Below, in pieces: positions 1 through 9,785 of a stretch of DNA of 64,000 bases (positions are counted from its first letter, which is position 1; each line of letters begins with the position of its first letter). Made by a program: the position numbers and the translations under genes. The stretch is taken from the IMG/VR virus record IMGVR_UViG_3300043446_002337, positions 1 to 64,000 of that record; one strand, written 5' to 3'. Origin of the DNA: a virus. Under the pieces are notes generated by a model, which was given only the letters and a program-made list of their open reading frames with translations, did no database searches and was not told where the DNA came from.

Positions 1-1797
1 GAAATCTATTATATCCGCCGTATTGGTAATCGTAAGAAGGGTGGAGATGTCAAGGTAGACGTATCATTCTGGAAGGAGAATCCAGACGGAACCCACACTT
101 CGTTGAATGGTGAAGACCGCCGGGATACTAATGCTAACATTCGTAATTATGTTGGTAGCTATGAAGATTTCGTACTGACTACTCTCAGTAGTCAGACGGG
201 AAACGCATTGTTTATTGACAAGTCCCACTCTGAACGAAAGGACTTACTCATTCAGTTTATGGGACTGAATGTATTTGATAAGTTATTTGATGAAGCCAAT
301 GAAGAAAGTAAGGAAATCACTGGTGCATTAAAGAAGTTCAAGAAAATTGATTTCGGTCAACTTCTGGCAGAAACACAGACAAAACTTGAAGATACTAAAG
401 TCAATCACCAACGGGTGGAAGGGCTTGTCGATGATATTAAAGAAGAACGGGATATGTTAGATGTCAAGTTACGGGAATGGCAGAGTCAGAAACGTCCAGT
501 CCCGAATATCACATTAGATATTGACATATTGCGGTCTGACCTTCAAAAAGTAAATGCTCTAATTGTCAAGTATACGGAAGAAAAGTTGAAGGCGGAAGGA
601 CGATTAGAAGAAATTAATAATACTGTCAAGGAACAAACTCAAGAAGTGGTAAATGCTAACATCCCAGAACTTCGGAAGTCGGTTGAAGAATACAATAAAC
701 TCAATGATTTATTTAAGAAGGGAACCTCTGCGCTAAAACTTACTACGTCAAAGTTAGCAGAAAAGGAAAGTTTTAAGAGAAAATTAGAAAACTATAAATT
801 CAATCCAACGTGTGACATCTGTGTGTCTAATAATAAATCAGTCATAGATGATATGAAGCAGACTGAAAGTGAAATTCTAGAATTATTGGAAATTCAAGTA
901 AACCAACGAAATGCACTTAGTCAAATTGAGTTTCAGATGATTCCCTTACAAGAAAAGGTCAATCTCTGTACTAACTATGAAAAGTTACAAACTGAAGTCC
1001 AACAACTCCAGAAGAAGGCAAGTGGAATTGAATTGGAAATTCAGAAATTGATTACCACAATTGAAAAGTGCGACCGTACTGCTGAGCAAGCGAAAAAAGA
1101 TATCGAACTCTTCCTAACAAACGAAGAGAATATCAAGCACAATTTAAATATAGACCAACACATCAGTCACATTGAGTACGATATTACAGTTAATAAAAAG
1201 GCAATGGACAAGTTGGAAAAGCAACTTCGGGAACTTCACGGAGAAATCAAGGTATTGGAAGCGTCCAAGACTGATATCCTCAATCAAATTAAGGAAGCCG
1301 AAGAACTGGAAGATACCTATGAGGCTTACAAGTATTATATGGAAGCGGTTGGTCGTGATGGTATTCCGTATGAACTGATGTCGCGTGCTATCCCTGCGAT
1401 TGAGTCTGAAATCAACAACATTCTGACCCAGATTGTAGAGTTCACGATTTCCTTAGAAGTAGACGGAAAGAATATCCTTGGGAAGTTGAATTACGACCAC
1501 GAACGTATCTGGCCGTTGGAAAATTCATCTGGGATGGAACGGTTTATCAGTAGTCTCGCCATTCGGGTGGCATTGTTGAACGCTTCTAACCTCCCGAAAC
1601 CCAATTTTATGATTATTGACGAAGGATTGGGTACGTTGGACCCTGAGAATCTCAGTGCGATGGGAACAATGATGGGTATTTTGAAGTCTCAATTCGATTT
1701 CATTATCCTTATCAGTCACTTGGATACCGCTCGGGATATGGTGGACAAGGTAATTGAAATCAAACGGGAGGACGGATTCTCGTATATTAACGTCTAA
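1..1797 (+). CDS. gp46: SbcC/Rad50-like recombination ATPase (T4 gp46-like), 5'-truncated by the window edge
   Basis: The frame is open from base 1 (EIYYIRRIGNRKKGG...). It has a long coiled coil with a central zinc-hook CxxC (CDIC), the ABC signature SSGME, Walker B/D-loop MIIDEGLGTLD and H-loop LISH. Confidence 0.92.
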   Translation, partial: EIYYIRRIGNRKKGGDVKVDVSFWKENPDGTHTSLNGEDRRDTNANIRNYVGSYEDFVLTTLSSQTGNALFIDKSHSERKDLLIQFMGLNVFDKLFDEANEESKEITGALKKFKKIDFGQLLAETQTKLEDTKVNHQRVEGLVDDIKEERDMLDVKLREWQSQKRPVPNITLDIDILRSDLQKVNALIVKYTEEKLKAEGRLEEINNTVKEQTQEVVNANIPELRKSVEEYNKLNDLFKKGTSALKLTTSKLAEKESFKRKLENYKFNPTCDICVSNNKSVIDDMKQTESEILELLEIQVNQRNALSQIEFQMIPLQEKVNLCTNYEKLQTEVQQLQKKASGIELEIQKLITTIEKCDRTAEQAKKDIELFLTNEENIKHNLNIDQHISHIEYDITVNKKAMDKLEKQLRELHGEIKVLEASKTDILNQIKEAEELEDTYEAYKYYMEAVGRDGIPYELMSRAIPAIESEINNILTQIVEFTISLEVDGKNILGKLNYDHERIWPLENSSGMERFISSLAIRVALLNASNLPKPNFMIIDEGLGTLDPENLSAMGTMMGILKSQFDFIILISHLDTARDMVDKVIEIKREDGFSYINV

Positions 1798-1803
1798 ATC
1801 AAC

Positions 1804-1811
1804 TATTTATA
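1804..1811 (+). promoter_or_regulatory. Putative late promoter motif TATTTATA
   Basis: Intergenic, about 30 nt before the ATG at 1839; the same motif recurs upstream of most structural transcription units. Confidence 0.55.
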
Positions 1812-1838
1812 TTGAGTTAGGACTTTAAACGAGGATGT

Positions 1839-3650
1839 ATGGCAAAGACCAGAAAGACCTTACAATTAAAGAATTTAGCGAAATATGACGTACTTATTGA
1901 AGATACGTCAGCGTCTTCTATTTATTTTCAAGTAACGAATCTACCACCATCTTTTACTGGTGGTAGAAATTCGTTTTTATTGGCTGGGTCATCTGCCTTA
2001 AAACCTGGAACAAATGTCCAGATAGAAATTCTTGATGCAGAGGGAATCCCTATTTACCAAAACCCAGTACAAAAATATATACAGGGTAATTCAAGACTTA
2101 TTTCTGTAGAGGTCAATGAAAATACCAATGTAGGATTCGCTACAATTATTATATTAGGTCAAGCGACCGTCCTACCAAACGGTGAACCTGTTCCACCAGA
2201 TTGGCAAAATTCTTATAATGTTCGTTGGACTAGAAGAATTTTGGTTGAACCAAATTTAAGAAATACGTCACCGTTAATTTTAGAAAACACACCGATAGTG
2301 TTAGCAGAAGAAACCAGATTGTATGGAGCAGCTACGGCATCTTATACAACGTCAAGTGTTTCTTTTACTGCAAGTTTAACACCAACGCTATATTCCAGTT
2401 TTCAAATTGGATACACTATTAAAGCCGAAGCACCAACATCGTTTTCTGCTGATTACTTTGGTGGATATATCACAGGGTCCATGTTTGTTGACGGGGTAAG
2501 TGCAAGTTTATATCTTCCTATCACCGATGTACTGAACGAAACTACAGCATTTAGTACAGGACAATTGATTAAAACAGAAGATGGTCGTACTGTAGATAAG
2601 TTATATTTGCGTAGTGGTAGCTATACGGCATCACTATTTGGGTCATCTTCTATCATAACGAACACAGCAAAGTTGGTATATAGTAAATTAAATACAATAG
2701 ATACTGGTAGTAAAGTATCATATGGAAAATTAAGAATTGTAAACCTAGATACTGTAAGTGGAGAAATATTTAAATTTAAGGTATACAGTAAGGTCGCAAC
2801 AGATTATTCAGATTATAAATTAATAGCCGATATTCCAGTAACCACATCGGAATTATTAGTTAGTAGTTCTGTTAGAGGGGATTTGTCGATAGGAGACTTT
2901 AATGTTTTACCAACGGCGTCCGCGAATTGGTACGCCGATAGACTAGAAACCAGCTCCAATGCAGTATATACGATATCAGGGTCTACCGCATATTATGACC
3001 CAACAACTACCGTTACTCCATTTGTACTAGCAGTAACAGATGATATATTGATACGTTCGGTTCGTGCACAAATATCGGCATCAGATAATCAAAAATTTAA
3101 TGGATATACCTCTGCTAGTGGGTATTTTATTGGAAATAAAAAGTCATTACGGTTATTCCCAACTACAGAATATACATTAGACTTTGATGCGTATTACAAA
3201 AAAACATCCGCATCGATAAATTTAACTGGTGTTCAACCCAAAGTTGATATTTATCTTATAGGGGTCGAAGGTACTAAAGTTATTGATAATAATCCATTAG
3301 GACAAAAGATTGGTACATTAGAACTACCCACTGGGGCACAAACATATTGGTTCCAAGACCAACAATTTAATTTTACTCCACAATTAGCAGTAGATGGAAA
3401 TGTTGGTATAAGATTTGTCGTTAGTAATGGATTCTGGTACTTCTCAGAAATTTCGTTAAAACCGTCGTCAGACAAGTTATTCTCACCAGACGAAGCACAA
3501 ATTTTAGTACCAAACACAGAATACTATAACGAATATTTACAACATAAAATTGAATTCTTTGATATTAACAATAATTCAACAGACGTATCTGTGGTTTCTA
3601 CTCCAACGTTCTTTACTGGGTCTGTTATAGATTTGGGTACATTACCATGA
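1839..3650 (+). CDS. Hypothetical virion structural protein (603 aa, beta-rich, S/T-rich)
   Basis: Long ORF with a GAGG SD, preceded by the late-type motif; composition typical of beta-strand virion proteins; no catalytic motif recognised. Confidence 0.6.
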   Translation: MAKTRKTLQLKNLAKYDVLIEDTSASSIYFQVTNLPPSFTGGRNSFLLAGSSALKPGTNVQIEILDAEGIPIYQNPVQKYIQGNSRLISVEVNENTNVGFATIIILGQATVLPNGEPVPPDWQNSYNVRWTRRILVEPNLRNTSPLILENTPIVLAEETRLYGAATASYTTSSVSFTASLTPTLYSSFQIGYTIKAEAPTSFSADYFGGYITGSMFVDGVSASLYLPITDVLNETTAFSTGQLIKTEDGRTVDKLYLRSGSYTASLFGSSSIITNTAKLVYSKLNTIDTGSKVSYGKLRIVNLDTVSGEIFKFKVYSKVATDYSDYKLIADIPVTTSELLVSSSVRGDLSIGDFNVLPTASANWYADRLETSSNAVYTISGSTAYYDPTTTVTPFVLAVTDDILIRSVRAQISASDNQKFNGYTSASGYFIGNKKSLRLFPTTEYTLDFDAYYKKTSASINLTGVQPKVDIYLIGVEGTKVIDNNPLGQKIGTLELPTGAQTYWFQDQQFNFTPQLAVDGNVGIRFVVSNGFWYFSEISLKPSSDKLFSPDEAQILVPNTEYYNEYLQHKIEFFDINNNSTDVSVVSTPTFFTGSVIDLGTLP

Positions 3651-6529
3651 AACGATTAACCAAAGAACAACTTAGTTTTTTATTACAATTCCCAACTGGA
3701 CATAGACTCCAAGTTGGTGCATTGAGCTACATTGAAAATAATAAAATTACCGATGTTGATATTTTGTTTGAAGCAACCCGTGCTACTCAAGATATTATTG
3801 GTGTTTTTAATCAAAAGTTAGAAGTTCTAGATGAAAAGAAGCGTAGGGTTTGTACAATCAACCCAATGGATTCAAAAAAACAAATTAGTAAAAAGTGTAG
3901 ACAAGCATATGCGTGGGGTATACATTACGCACCGATGTGGAACAAATATGTACAACCGGAACCAACAGACATTACCACCGAACCAGAAACAGACACACCC
4001 ACAGTAGATGGTGGAGATGGTGTAAGTGAACGTAAAGGATTGGCGGGTTCTCGTTTTACATATCCGATGTCAAGTGGTCCAGACGACGATTATCAATTAA
4101 AACCAGTAGACGAAGCAGATTCCAGTACGGAACGCGTTCGTCGGTACTATCGTCGTCATCCAGAAAAGGTCAGAAAGTATTTGAAAGATACTGTAAAGGA
4201 CCGTGTAGCACGTAATCGTGACCGTGCAAAAGCAATCAAGAAGTACGGAAAGAAGAAGATGAAGAACCACGATGTGCATCATCCAAATGGCGCACAAAAT
4301 GGTAACTGGAAATTGGCAAAGAAAGACCACGGACGAGATAAAAAAAACGAAAATTATGTATATCTTGAAGAATTACTGGAAGGTAATGTTCCATACGATA
4401 ACTGGATTCTTATCAACGAAGGTGGTGCCGCAGGACATATGGCACATCCATACGAAGATGATGCACTATCATTCCGTGATGTCAAAGAAATGGTTCGTCG
4501 TGGATTAGTTGGTGAACTTGGACAAGAAGAACCAGTCACCGAAAAACTTGACGGACAAAATATTATGTTTACCGTCAAAGATGGTCGTGTATACTTTGCT
4601 CGTAATAAAGGACAAGTTAAAAACAAAGGACAAAATGCTCTTGATGTTGCGGGTATCCGTAATATGTTTGCGGGTCGTGGTGATATTGAAAGAGCATTTA
4701 CTGGAGCGGCAGAGGATTTACAACGAGCAATAGACGCACTACCACCAGAACAACGTGACCAGATGTTCTCTGGTGGGTCAAAATTTATGAATGTGGAAAT
4801 TATTTTCCCAGATACACAAAACGTCATTCCATACAATAAATCTGTATTAGTGTTTCATGGTAGTGTGGAATACGACGACGAAGGTAACGAAATTGGTCGT
4901 TCAGTAGATGATGGTCGTACTTTGTCCGATGAAATGACTAGAGTAAATGCGCAACAACAAAAAACTTTCGGTATTCAAGGACCAAAAACTATTAGTTTTA
5001 GTGACGCACAAACTGTAGAAAACAAAAAAGCATTACAGGATATTGGTAGACGTATCTCTCGTTTACAAGAAATATACGACCTAGATGACAACTCTACTAT
5101 TGAAGACTACAAACTTGCATATTGGGAAAATCGTTTAATAGAAATTAGTCAACAAACTGGTGTAGAGTTTACACAAGATGAATTTGAAGGAATTACTCGT
5201 CGGTGGGCACTGGGAGATAAGTCATTCAAAGTTAGCGACATCGAAGACCCAGAAAAGAAACGGTGGTTCCGTGAGTTTGAAGCAAAAGAATTGAAACGTG
5301 AACAACAACAAGCAACTCGTCCATTAGAACAAATCTTCTTACAAACGGGTGCATTATCACTTCGTCGGGTTACTGATTTATTAGCAGCTAATAATCCTGA
5401 AGCTGCCGCCAAGTTGAAACAAGAAGTTCTTGATGCAATTAAGAAGATAAAAGAAACTGGTGATGCTGATAAATTAGCGGCACTTCAAATCCAAATAGAA
5501 CGTTTGGAATCCGTTGGTATTGATAAAGTTGTACCGTCCGAAGGTATGGTATTTATTTATAACGGAAAACCATATAAGTTTACTGGTGCATTTGCTCCTG
5601 TTAATCAAATTTTGGGAACACTTAAATTTGATAAGGGCGAAGCAGAATTAACAGAACCAGACAAAGATGAAAGAACATCAGAAGAACCACCCGTTGCTCC
5701 ACCACAACCAGAGGGAAAACCACGGGTCGTAGCAGTATTTACAGGTCGTTTCCAACCATTTCATGCGGGTCACTATAGTATCTATCAAGAAATGGTCAAG
5801 AGATTTGGAAAGGAGAATGTATTTATCGCAACCAGTGATAAGACTGAAGCGGGTAAATCTCCTTTTGGATTTAGAGATAAAGAGGAAATCATGACTCGGA
5901 TGTTTGATATTCCAGAAGAAATGGTTGTTCAAGTTAAAAATCCATACGCTCCAGTTGAAGTTTTAGAATCATTACCACCAGGCACAATATATGTTACCGC
6001 GGTCAGTCAGAAAGACGCAGACAGACTATCTGGTGGAAAATATTTCACACCATATGACCCAGAAACATCAAAATCTGGATATGCAGACAAAGGATATTTT
6101 ATCGTCGCTCCAGAAATGCAATTAGATATTGACGGTAAGAATATTAGTGGTACCCAACTTCGTGCAATCTTCGGTAATCCAAATATTACCGATGAAGTCA
6201 AGCAAGAAATATTTACAAAAGTATATGGAAAATTTGATCAAGATATTTTCGACAAAATTGTAAAGACTACAACAAAATCAGAAGAAGAATTAAAAATTAC
6301 ACAACAATTTGGTACAGAACCAGAAAAGACAAAAAAGAAAGCAACACCAGAAGAACCTTCACAACCAAGAAAGAAAAGGGCAGTAGATACAAAACGGTCA
6401 GATGATGCAGGACAATATCAGCCTGGAGAAACGTGGCCCGCAGATGATAAGTTTGGAGCAAAAAATAGTAAGGGAGTTATACGGTATTACAATAAACAAG
6501 ATTCAGCACAACGATTCGCAAAAACGTGA
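3647..6529 (+). CDS. Multi-module protein: small HNH-like module, ligase-like covalent nucleotidyltransferase (DUF6267-like) and HIGH-class NMN-adenylyltransferase/cytidylyltransferase-like domain
   Basis: RNRDR...DVHH (about 4115-4350); GGAAGHMAHP, EKLDG, EGMVF and YKFT (about 4421-5620); GRFQPFHAGH...SPF...ISGTQLR (about 5726-6170). Confidence 0.75.
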   Translation: MKRLTKEQLSFLLQFPTGHRLQVGALSYIENNKITDVDILFEATRATQDIIGVFNQKLEVLDEKKRRVCTINPMDSKKQISKKCRQAYAWGIHYAPMWNKYVQPEPTDITTEPETDTPTVDGGDGVSERKGLAGSRFTYPMSSGPDDDYQLKPVDEADSSTERVRRYYRRHPEKVRKYLKDTVKDRVARNRDRAKAIKKYGKKKMKNHDVHHPNGAQNGNWKLAKKDHGRDKKNENYVYLEELLEGNVPYDNWILINEGGAAGHMAHPYEDDALSFRDVKEMVRRGLVGELGQEEPVTEKLDGQNIMFTVKDGRVYFARNKGQVKNKGQNALDVAGIRNMFAGRGDIERAFTGAAEDLQRAIDALPPEQRDQMFSGGSKFMNVEIIFPDTQNVIPYNKSVLVFHGSVEYDDEGNEIGRSVDDGRTLSDEMTRVNAQQQKTFGIQGPKTISFSDAQTVENKKALQDIGRRISRLQEIYDLDDNSTIEDYKLAYWENRLIEISQQTGVEFTQDEFEGITRRWALGDKSFKVSDIEDPEKKRWFREFEAKELKREQQQATRPLEQIFLQTGALSLRRVTDLLAANNPEAAAKLKQEVLDAIKKIKETGDADKLAALQIQIERLESVGIDKVVPSEGMVFIYNGKPYKFTGAFAPVNQILGTLKFDKGEAELTEPDKDERTSEEPPVAPPQPEGKPRVVAVFTGRFQPFHAGHYSIYQEMVKRFGKENVFIATSDKTEAGKSPFGFRDKEEIMTRMFDIPEEMVVQVKNPYAPVEVLESLPPGTIYVTAVSQKDADRLSGGKYFTPYDPETSKSGYADKGYFIVAPEMQLDIDGKNISGTQLRAIFGNPNITDEVKQEIFTKVYGKFDQDIFDKIVKTTTKSEEELKITQQFGTEPEKTKKKATPEEPSQPRKKRAVDTKRSDDAGQYQPGETWPADDKFGAKNSKGVIRYYNKQDSAQRFAKT

Positions 6530-6535
6530 GGTTAT

Positions 6536-7180
6536 ATGTTTAAAAATGAAGAAGCTTTAAATGATGTTCGTCGTAAGGTAGCAGAGAAGTTAAATAAAGA
6601 TGGTAATAAATTGGTATTTGGATGGAGAGGAGAAGCAGAACCTACTCGTCAAGAAGGTGATGTGTGGGAAGATGTAAATGGAAAAAAGTGGACAGTAAAG
6701 AACGGTATCCGTCAAACTGTAACTAAGTTAGATGATGCAAAAACACCGTGGTGGTGTCCGAAGTGTAGTAAACCAATGAACCATCGGTTTGATGTTAAAT
6801 TTTGGAGTATGAGAGGTCATTGTTACGATTGTAATATAAAGTTTGAAACTGAGTTACGACGGCAGGGTAAGTGGAACGAATTCCAACACAATATGGGATT
6901 ACGTAATTACATCTCAGCAATAAAGGACAGACTTCAAGAATTACAACATTATTACGACACGTTCAGTAAACCAGAATATTTGTTAATGAACGAGCATGAA
7001 AAAACAGTATTAATGTTTGAAAAGTGGGATGTTGATGTCAATACTGTAAAAAAAGATTTAATGGACGAAATCGAACTATTAAAAAAGAATTTAGCAGAAA
7101 CCATCGAAAAATACGGAACTGGAGAAAACGATGAAAAGGAAAACAAAGTCGTTACTGGAACGGACGAAATTAGTAGCTGA
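6536..7180 (+). CDS. Hypothetical protein with a C4 zinc finger
   Basis: CPKC-x17-HCYDC followed by a helical C-terminus; GAGG SD; two genes upstream of the terminase. Confidence 0.7.
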   Translation: MFKNEEALNDVRRKVAEKLNKDGNKLVFGWRGEAEPTRQEGDVWEDVNGKKWTVKNGIRQTVTKLDDAKTPWWCPKCSKPMNHRFDVKFWSMRGHCYDCNIKFETELRRQGKWNEFQHNMGLRNYISAIKDRLQELQHYYDTFSKPEYLLMNEHEKTVLMFEKWDVDVNTVKKDLMDEIELLKKNLAETIEKYGTGENDEKENKVVTGTDEISS

Positions 7181-7799
7181 GACTATTACTGCGGTACTCC
7201 CATTAGCTAAACTTGCACTTGTGGCTGCCGGAGTACTTGGGCTAGTAATGATGCTCAAGCTAAACAAACAAGAAGATGAAATGGATAAATATATTGCAGA
7301 ATACAAGGTATTTCAGGCGAAGGCTGAAGCCGCTACGGAACTAGCAGACAGTTTAGCACAAGAAGTAGTTATCGCAGATAATGAATCCAGAGCGGCAGAA
7401 AGTCGAGCAAAGATACTTGGTCGTCAAGTCAACTCACTAAAAAATGAAACATTGAGTATGGAAGAACGAGCAGAAGTAATGAAGGAAACACTTCTTGACA
7501 CATTAGAATTGGCTCGTCAAGTATTACCACTCAAGGATTCTATTATCGCAAAACAAAAAGAAACTATCACCTTACAATCAACACAAGTAACTGAACTTGA
7601 AAGTGCATTAGGGAAGAAAGACGATGCATTGAAGTTAGCAATGATGCGCGGGGATAGTCTCCAAGCAGTAATCAATTTAATTCCACCCGCACCAAAGAAT
7701 CCTAACCGTATGTTTGGTATCAAGTTACCAAGTAGAAAGGCATCATTTGCAGTTGGGTTAGCGATGGGTATTGGAACTTCAATCTTGGTAATCAAGTAG
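7131..7799 (+). CDS. Membrane-anchored coiled-coil protein, possibly spanin-like
   Basis: N-terminal TM (LALVAAGVLGLVMML), an approximately 130-aa coiled coil, a Pro-rich hinge and a C-terminal hydrophobic segment (ASFAVGLAMGIGTSILVIK); GGAG SD. Confidence 0.5.
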   Translation: MKRKTKSLLERTKLVAETITAVLPLAKLALVAAGVLGLVMMLKLNKQEDEMDKYIAEYKVFQAKAEAATELADSLAQEVVIADNESRAAESRAKILGRQVNSLKNETLSMEERAEVMKETLLDTLELARQVLPLKDSIIAKQKETITLQSTQVTELESALGKKDDALKLAMMRGDSLQAVINLIPPAPKNPNRMFGIKLPSRKASFAVGLAMGIGTSILVIK

Positions 7800-7806
7800 A
7801 GGCTTT

Positions 7807-9396
7807 ATGAACGCTACGGCGCAACAGTTACGTGACAAAATCAAAGAAGAATTCAAAAAGTGTGCGTTAGACCCATCATACTTTTTGACACGATACTCAT
7901 ATATCCAACACCCGATTCGTGGTCGGGTGTTGTTTGATTTATATCACTATCAGAAAAATGCATTAAAAGATTTTGAACACAACGACTATAACATTGTTCT
8001 TAAAGGTCGTCAGATTGGTATTTCTACATTAGTCGCAGGATATGCATTGTGGTTGATGTTATTTCATAAAGACAAGAATATTCTTGTTATCGCAACAAAA
8101 CAAGAAACTGCGAAAAACTTAGTTACAAAAGTAAAGTTCATGCATGACAATCTTCCCGTTTGGTTACGAGGAAGTATTGTAACCAACAATAAACTATCAT
8201 TACAGTTTTCCAACGGATCACAGATTAAGGCAGTCGCATCATCACCAGACGCAGGACGTTCTGAAGCACTGTCTCTTCTTATCCTCGACGAAGCGGCGTT
8301 CATTGACAACGCAGACATCATCTGGACCGCAGCATCCAGTACATTATCCACGGGTGGTAAAGCAATCCTTCTCTCTACCCCAAATGGTGTCGGTAACTTC
8401 TTCCACAAGATGTGGCAACAAGCAGAAACTAAAACCAATAATTTCAACCCAATTCTATTAGATTGGAGAGTACATCCAGAACGTGACCAAGCATGGCGAG
8501 ACCGTCAGACAGAATTGATGGGTGAACTACAAGCTATTCAAGAGCATGACGCGTCATTTATCTTTTCTGGTAATACCGTTATACCAGCAGAAATCCTTGA
8601 ATTTTATAAAGCTACCTACGTGCAAGAACCTGTATCAAAGGAGGGATTTGATAGTAACTTATGGGTATGGGAATACCCATCTCCATCTAAATCCTATATT
8701 GTTTGTGCTGACGTTGCCCGTGGAGACGGTGAGGACTATTCAACATTTCACGTAATTGATATTGAAACTTCAACTCAAGTCGCAGAATATAAGGGAAAGG
8801 TAGAAACCAAACAGTTTGGAAATATGTTAGTATCTATTGCGACTCAATATAACGATGCCCTTCTTATCCCCGACAATAGTTCTATTGGGTGGAACGCGAT
8901 ACAACAGATTATTGACCGTAATTATCGTAACCTGTTCTATATGTCCAGAGATTTACAATATGTGGACGTAGAACATCAACTTAATAGAAAGTATTTAAAG
9001 GAAGATAAGATGACCTCGTTGGTACCTGGGTTTATGATTTCTCAAAGAACTCGTCCATTGATTATCGCCAGATTGAAAGAATATATGTTGGATAATTCAT
9101 TTACTATTCGGTCAAGTCGGATGATTGCCGAACTGGAGACGTTTATCTGGAAAAATGGTCGTCCAGAAGCATTGGGTGGGTACAATGATGATTTGGTACT
9201 CGCGTTGTGTATTGGACTCTGGGTACGTGATACCGCCCTCAGATTACGTCAAGAGGGGATAGAATTGACCAAATTAACATTGGATAATACAAAATACCAA
9301 ATGGGAAGTATAGTATATACTAATAAGAATATAACACATAATCCATACGAGATGCAAATAGGTCAAGAAAAAGAAAATTTACGGTGGTTACTGTAA
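7807..9396 (+). CDS. terL: Terminase large subunit (T4 gp17-like)
   Basis: Walker A LKGRQIGIST, Walker B LLILDEAAF, motif III STPNG, and RNase H-like nuclease residues CADVARG...NDDLVLA. Confidence 0.96.
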   Translation: MNATAQQLRDKIKEEFKKCALDPSYFLTRYSYIQHPIRGRVLFDLYHYQKNALKDFEHNDYNIVLKGRQIGISTLVAGYALWLMLFHKDKNILVIATKQETAKNLVTKVKFMHDNLPVWLRGSIVTNNKLSLQFSNGSQIKAVASSPDAGRSEALSLLILDEAAFIDNADIIWTAASSTLSTGGKAILLSTPNGVGNFFHKMWQQAETKTNNFNPILLDWRVHPERDQAWRDRQTELMGELQAIQEHDASFIFSGNTVIPAEILEFYKATYVQEPVSKEGFDSNLWVWEYPSPSKSYIVCADVARGDGEDYSTFHVIDIETSTQVAEYKGKVETKQFGNMLVSIATQYNDALLIPDNSSIGWNAIQQIIDRNYRNLFYMSRDLQYVDVEHQLNRKYLKEDKMTSLVPGFMISQRTRPLIIARLKEYMLDNSFTIRSSRMIAELETFIWKNGRPEALGGYNDDLVLALCIGLWVRDTALRLRQEGIELTKLTLDNTKYQMGSIVYTNKNITHNPYEMQIGQEKENLRWLL

Positions 9397-9404
9397 ATAC
9401 ATAA

Positions 9405-9412
9405 TACTTATA
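9405..9412 (+). promoter_or_regulatory. Putative late promoter motif TACTTATA
   Basis: Variant of the recurring motif, in the terL-9450 spacer. Confidence 0.5.
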
Positions 9413-9449
9413 TAGTAGTGTCTTTATATACTATTTTTCGGGGTAAGGT

Positions 9450-9785
9450 ATGAAATTAGAAGACTTTAAGAATATGATTCGTGAACTTGTTCGTCAAGAA
9501 CTCACTAACCTTAACAAAAAAGAAGAAATTTGTGAAGGTGAGGGATGTCTTGACGAAAAATCCGTACCCCAACCATATGACCGTAAAAGTGCTCGTAAAA
9601 TGACTAAATCACAAGTTGACCTTCGTAAAAAGATCGGTCAAGCCATGATGCGGGATGAAAAGAAAGTCAGTAAATTCAGAAAGAAATATGGTGATGAATG
9701 GAAAGATTATATTTGGGCAGCAGCATCTTCTGCAGCATTTAGACAAAGTGGTACAACAAAAAGTGACGATAAACGGAAAAAGTAA
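9450..9785 (+). CDS. Small basic putative internal head protein
   Basis: Amphipathic N-terminal leader ending LDE, followed by a Lys/Arg-rich module (FRKKYGDEWKDYIWAAA). Confidence 0.6.
   Translation: MKLEDFKNMIRELVRQELTNLNKKEEICEGEGCLDEKSVPQPYDRKSARKMTKSQVDLRKKIGQAMMRDEKKVSKFRKKYGDEWKDYIWAAASSAAFRQSGTTKSDDKRKK

Noticed and set aside
4115-4350. The HNH-like segment as an intein or mobile homing endonuclease
   Set aside because: It has no intein splice residues (C/S...HN), is short and degenerate, and lies between domains rather than interrupting a conserved motif.
6536-7180. The zinc-finger protein as terminase small subunit
   Set aside because: Its position is suggestive, but I recognise no gp16-like motif, so it is left as hypothetical.
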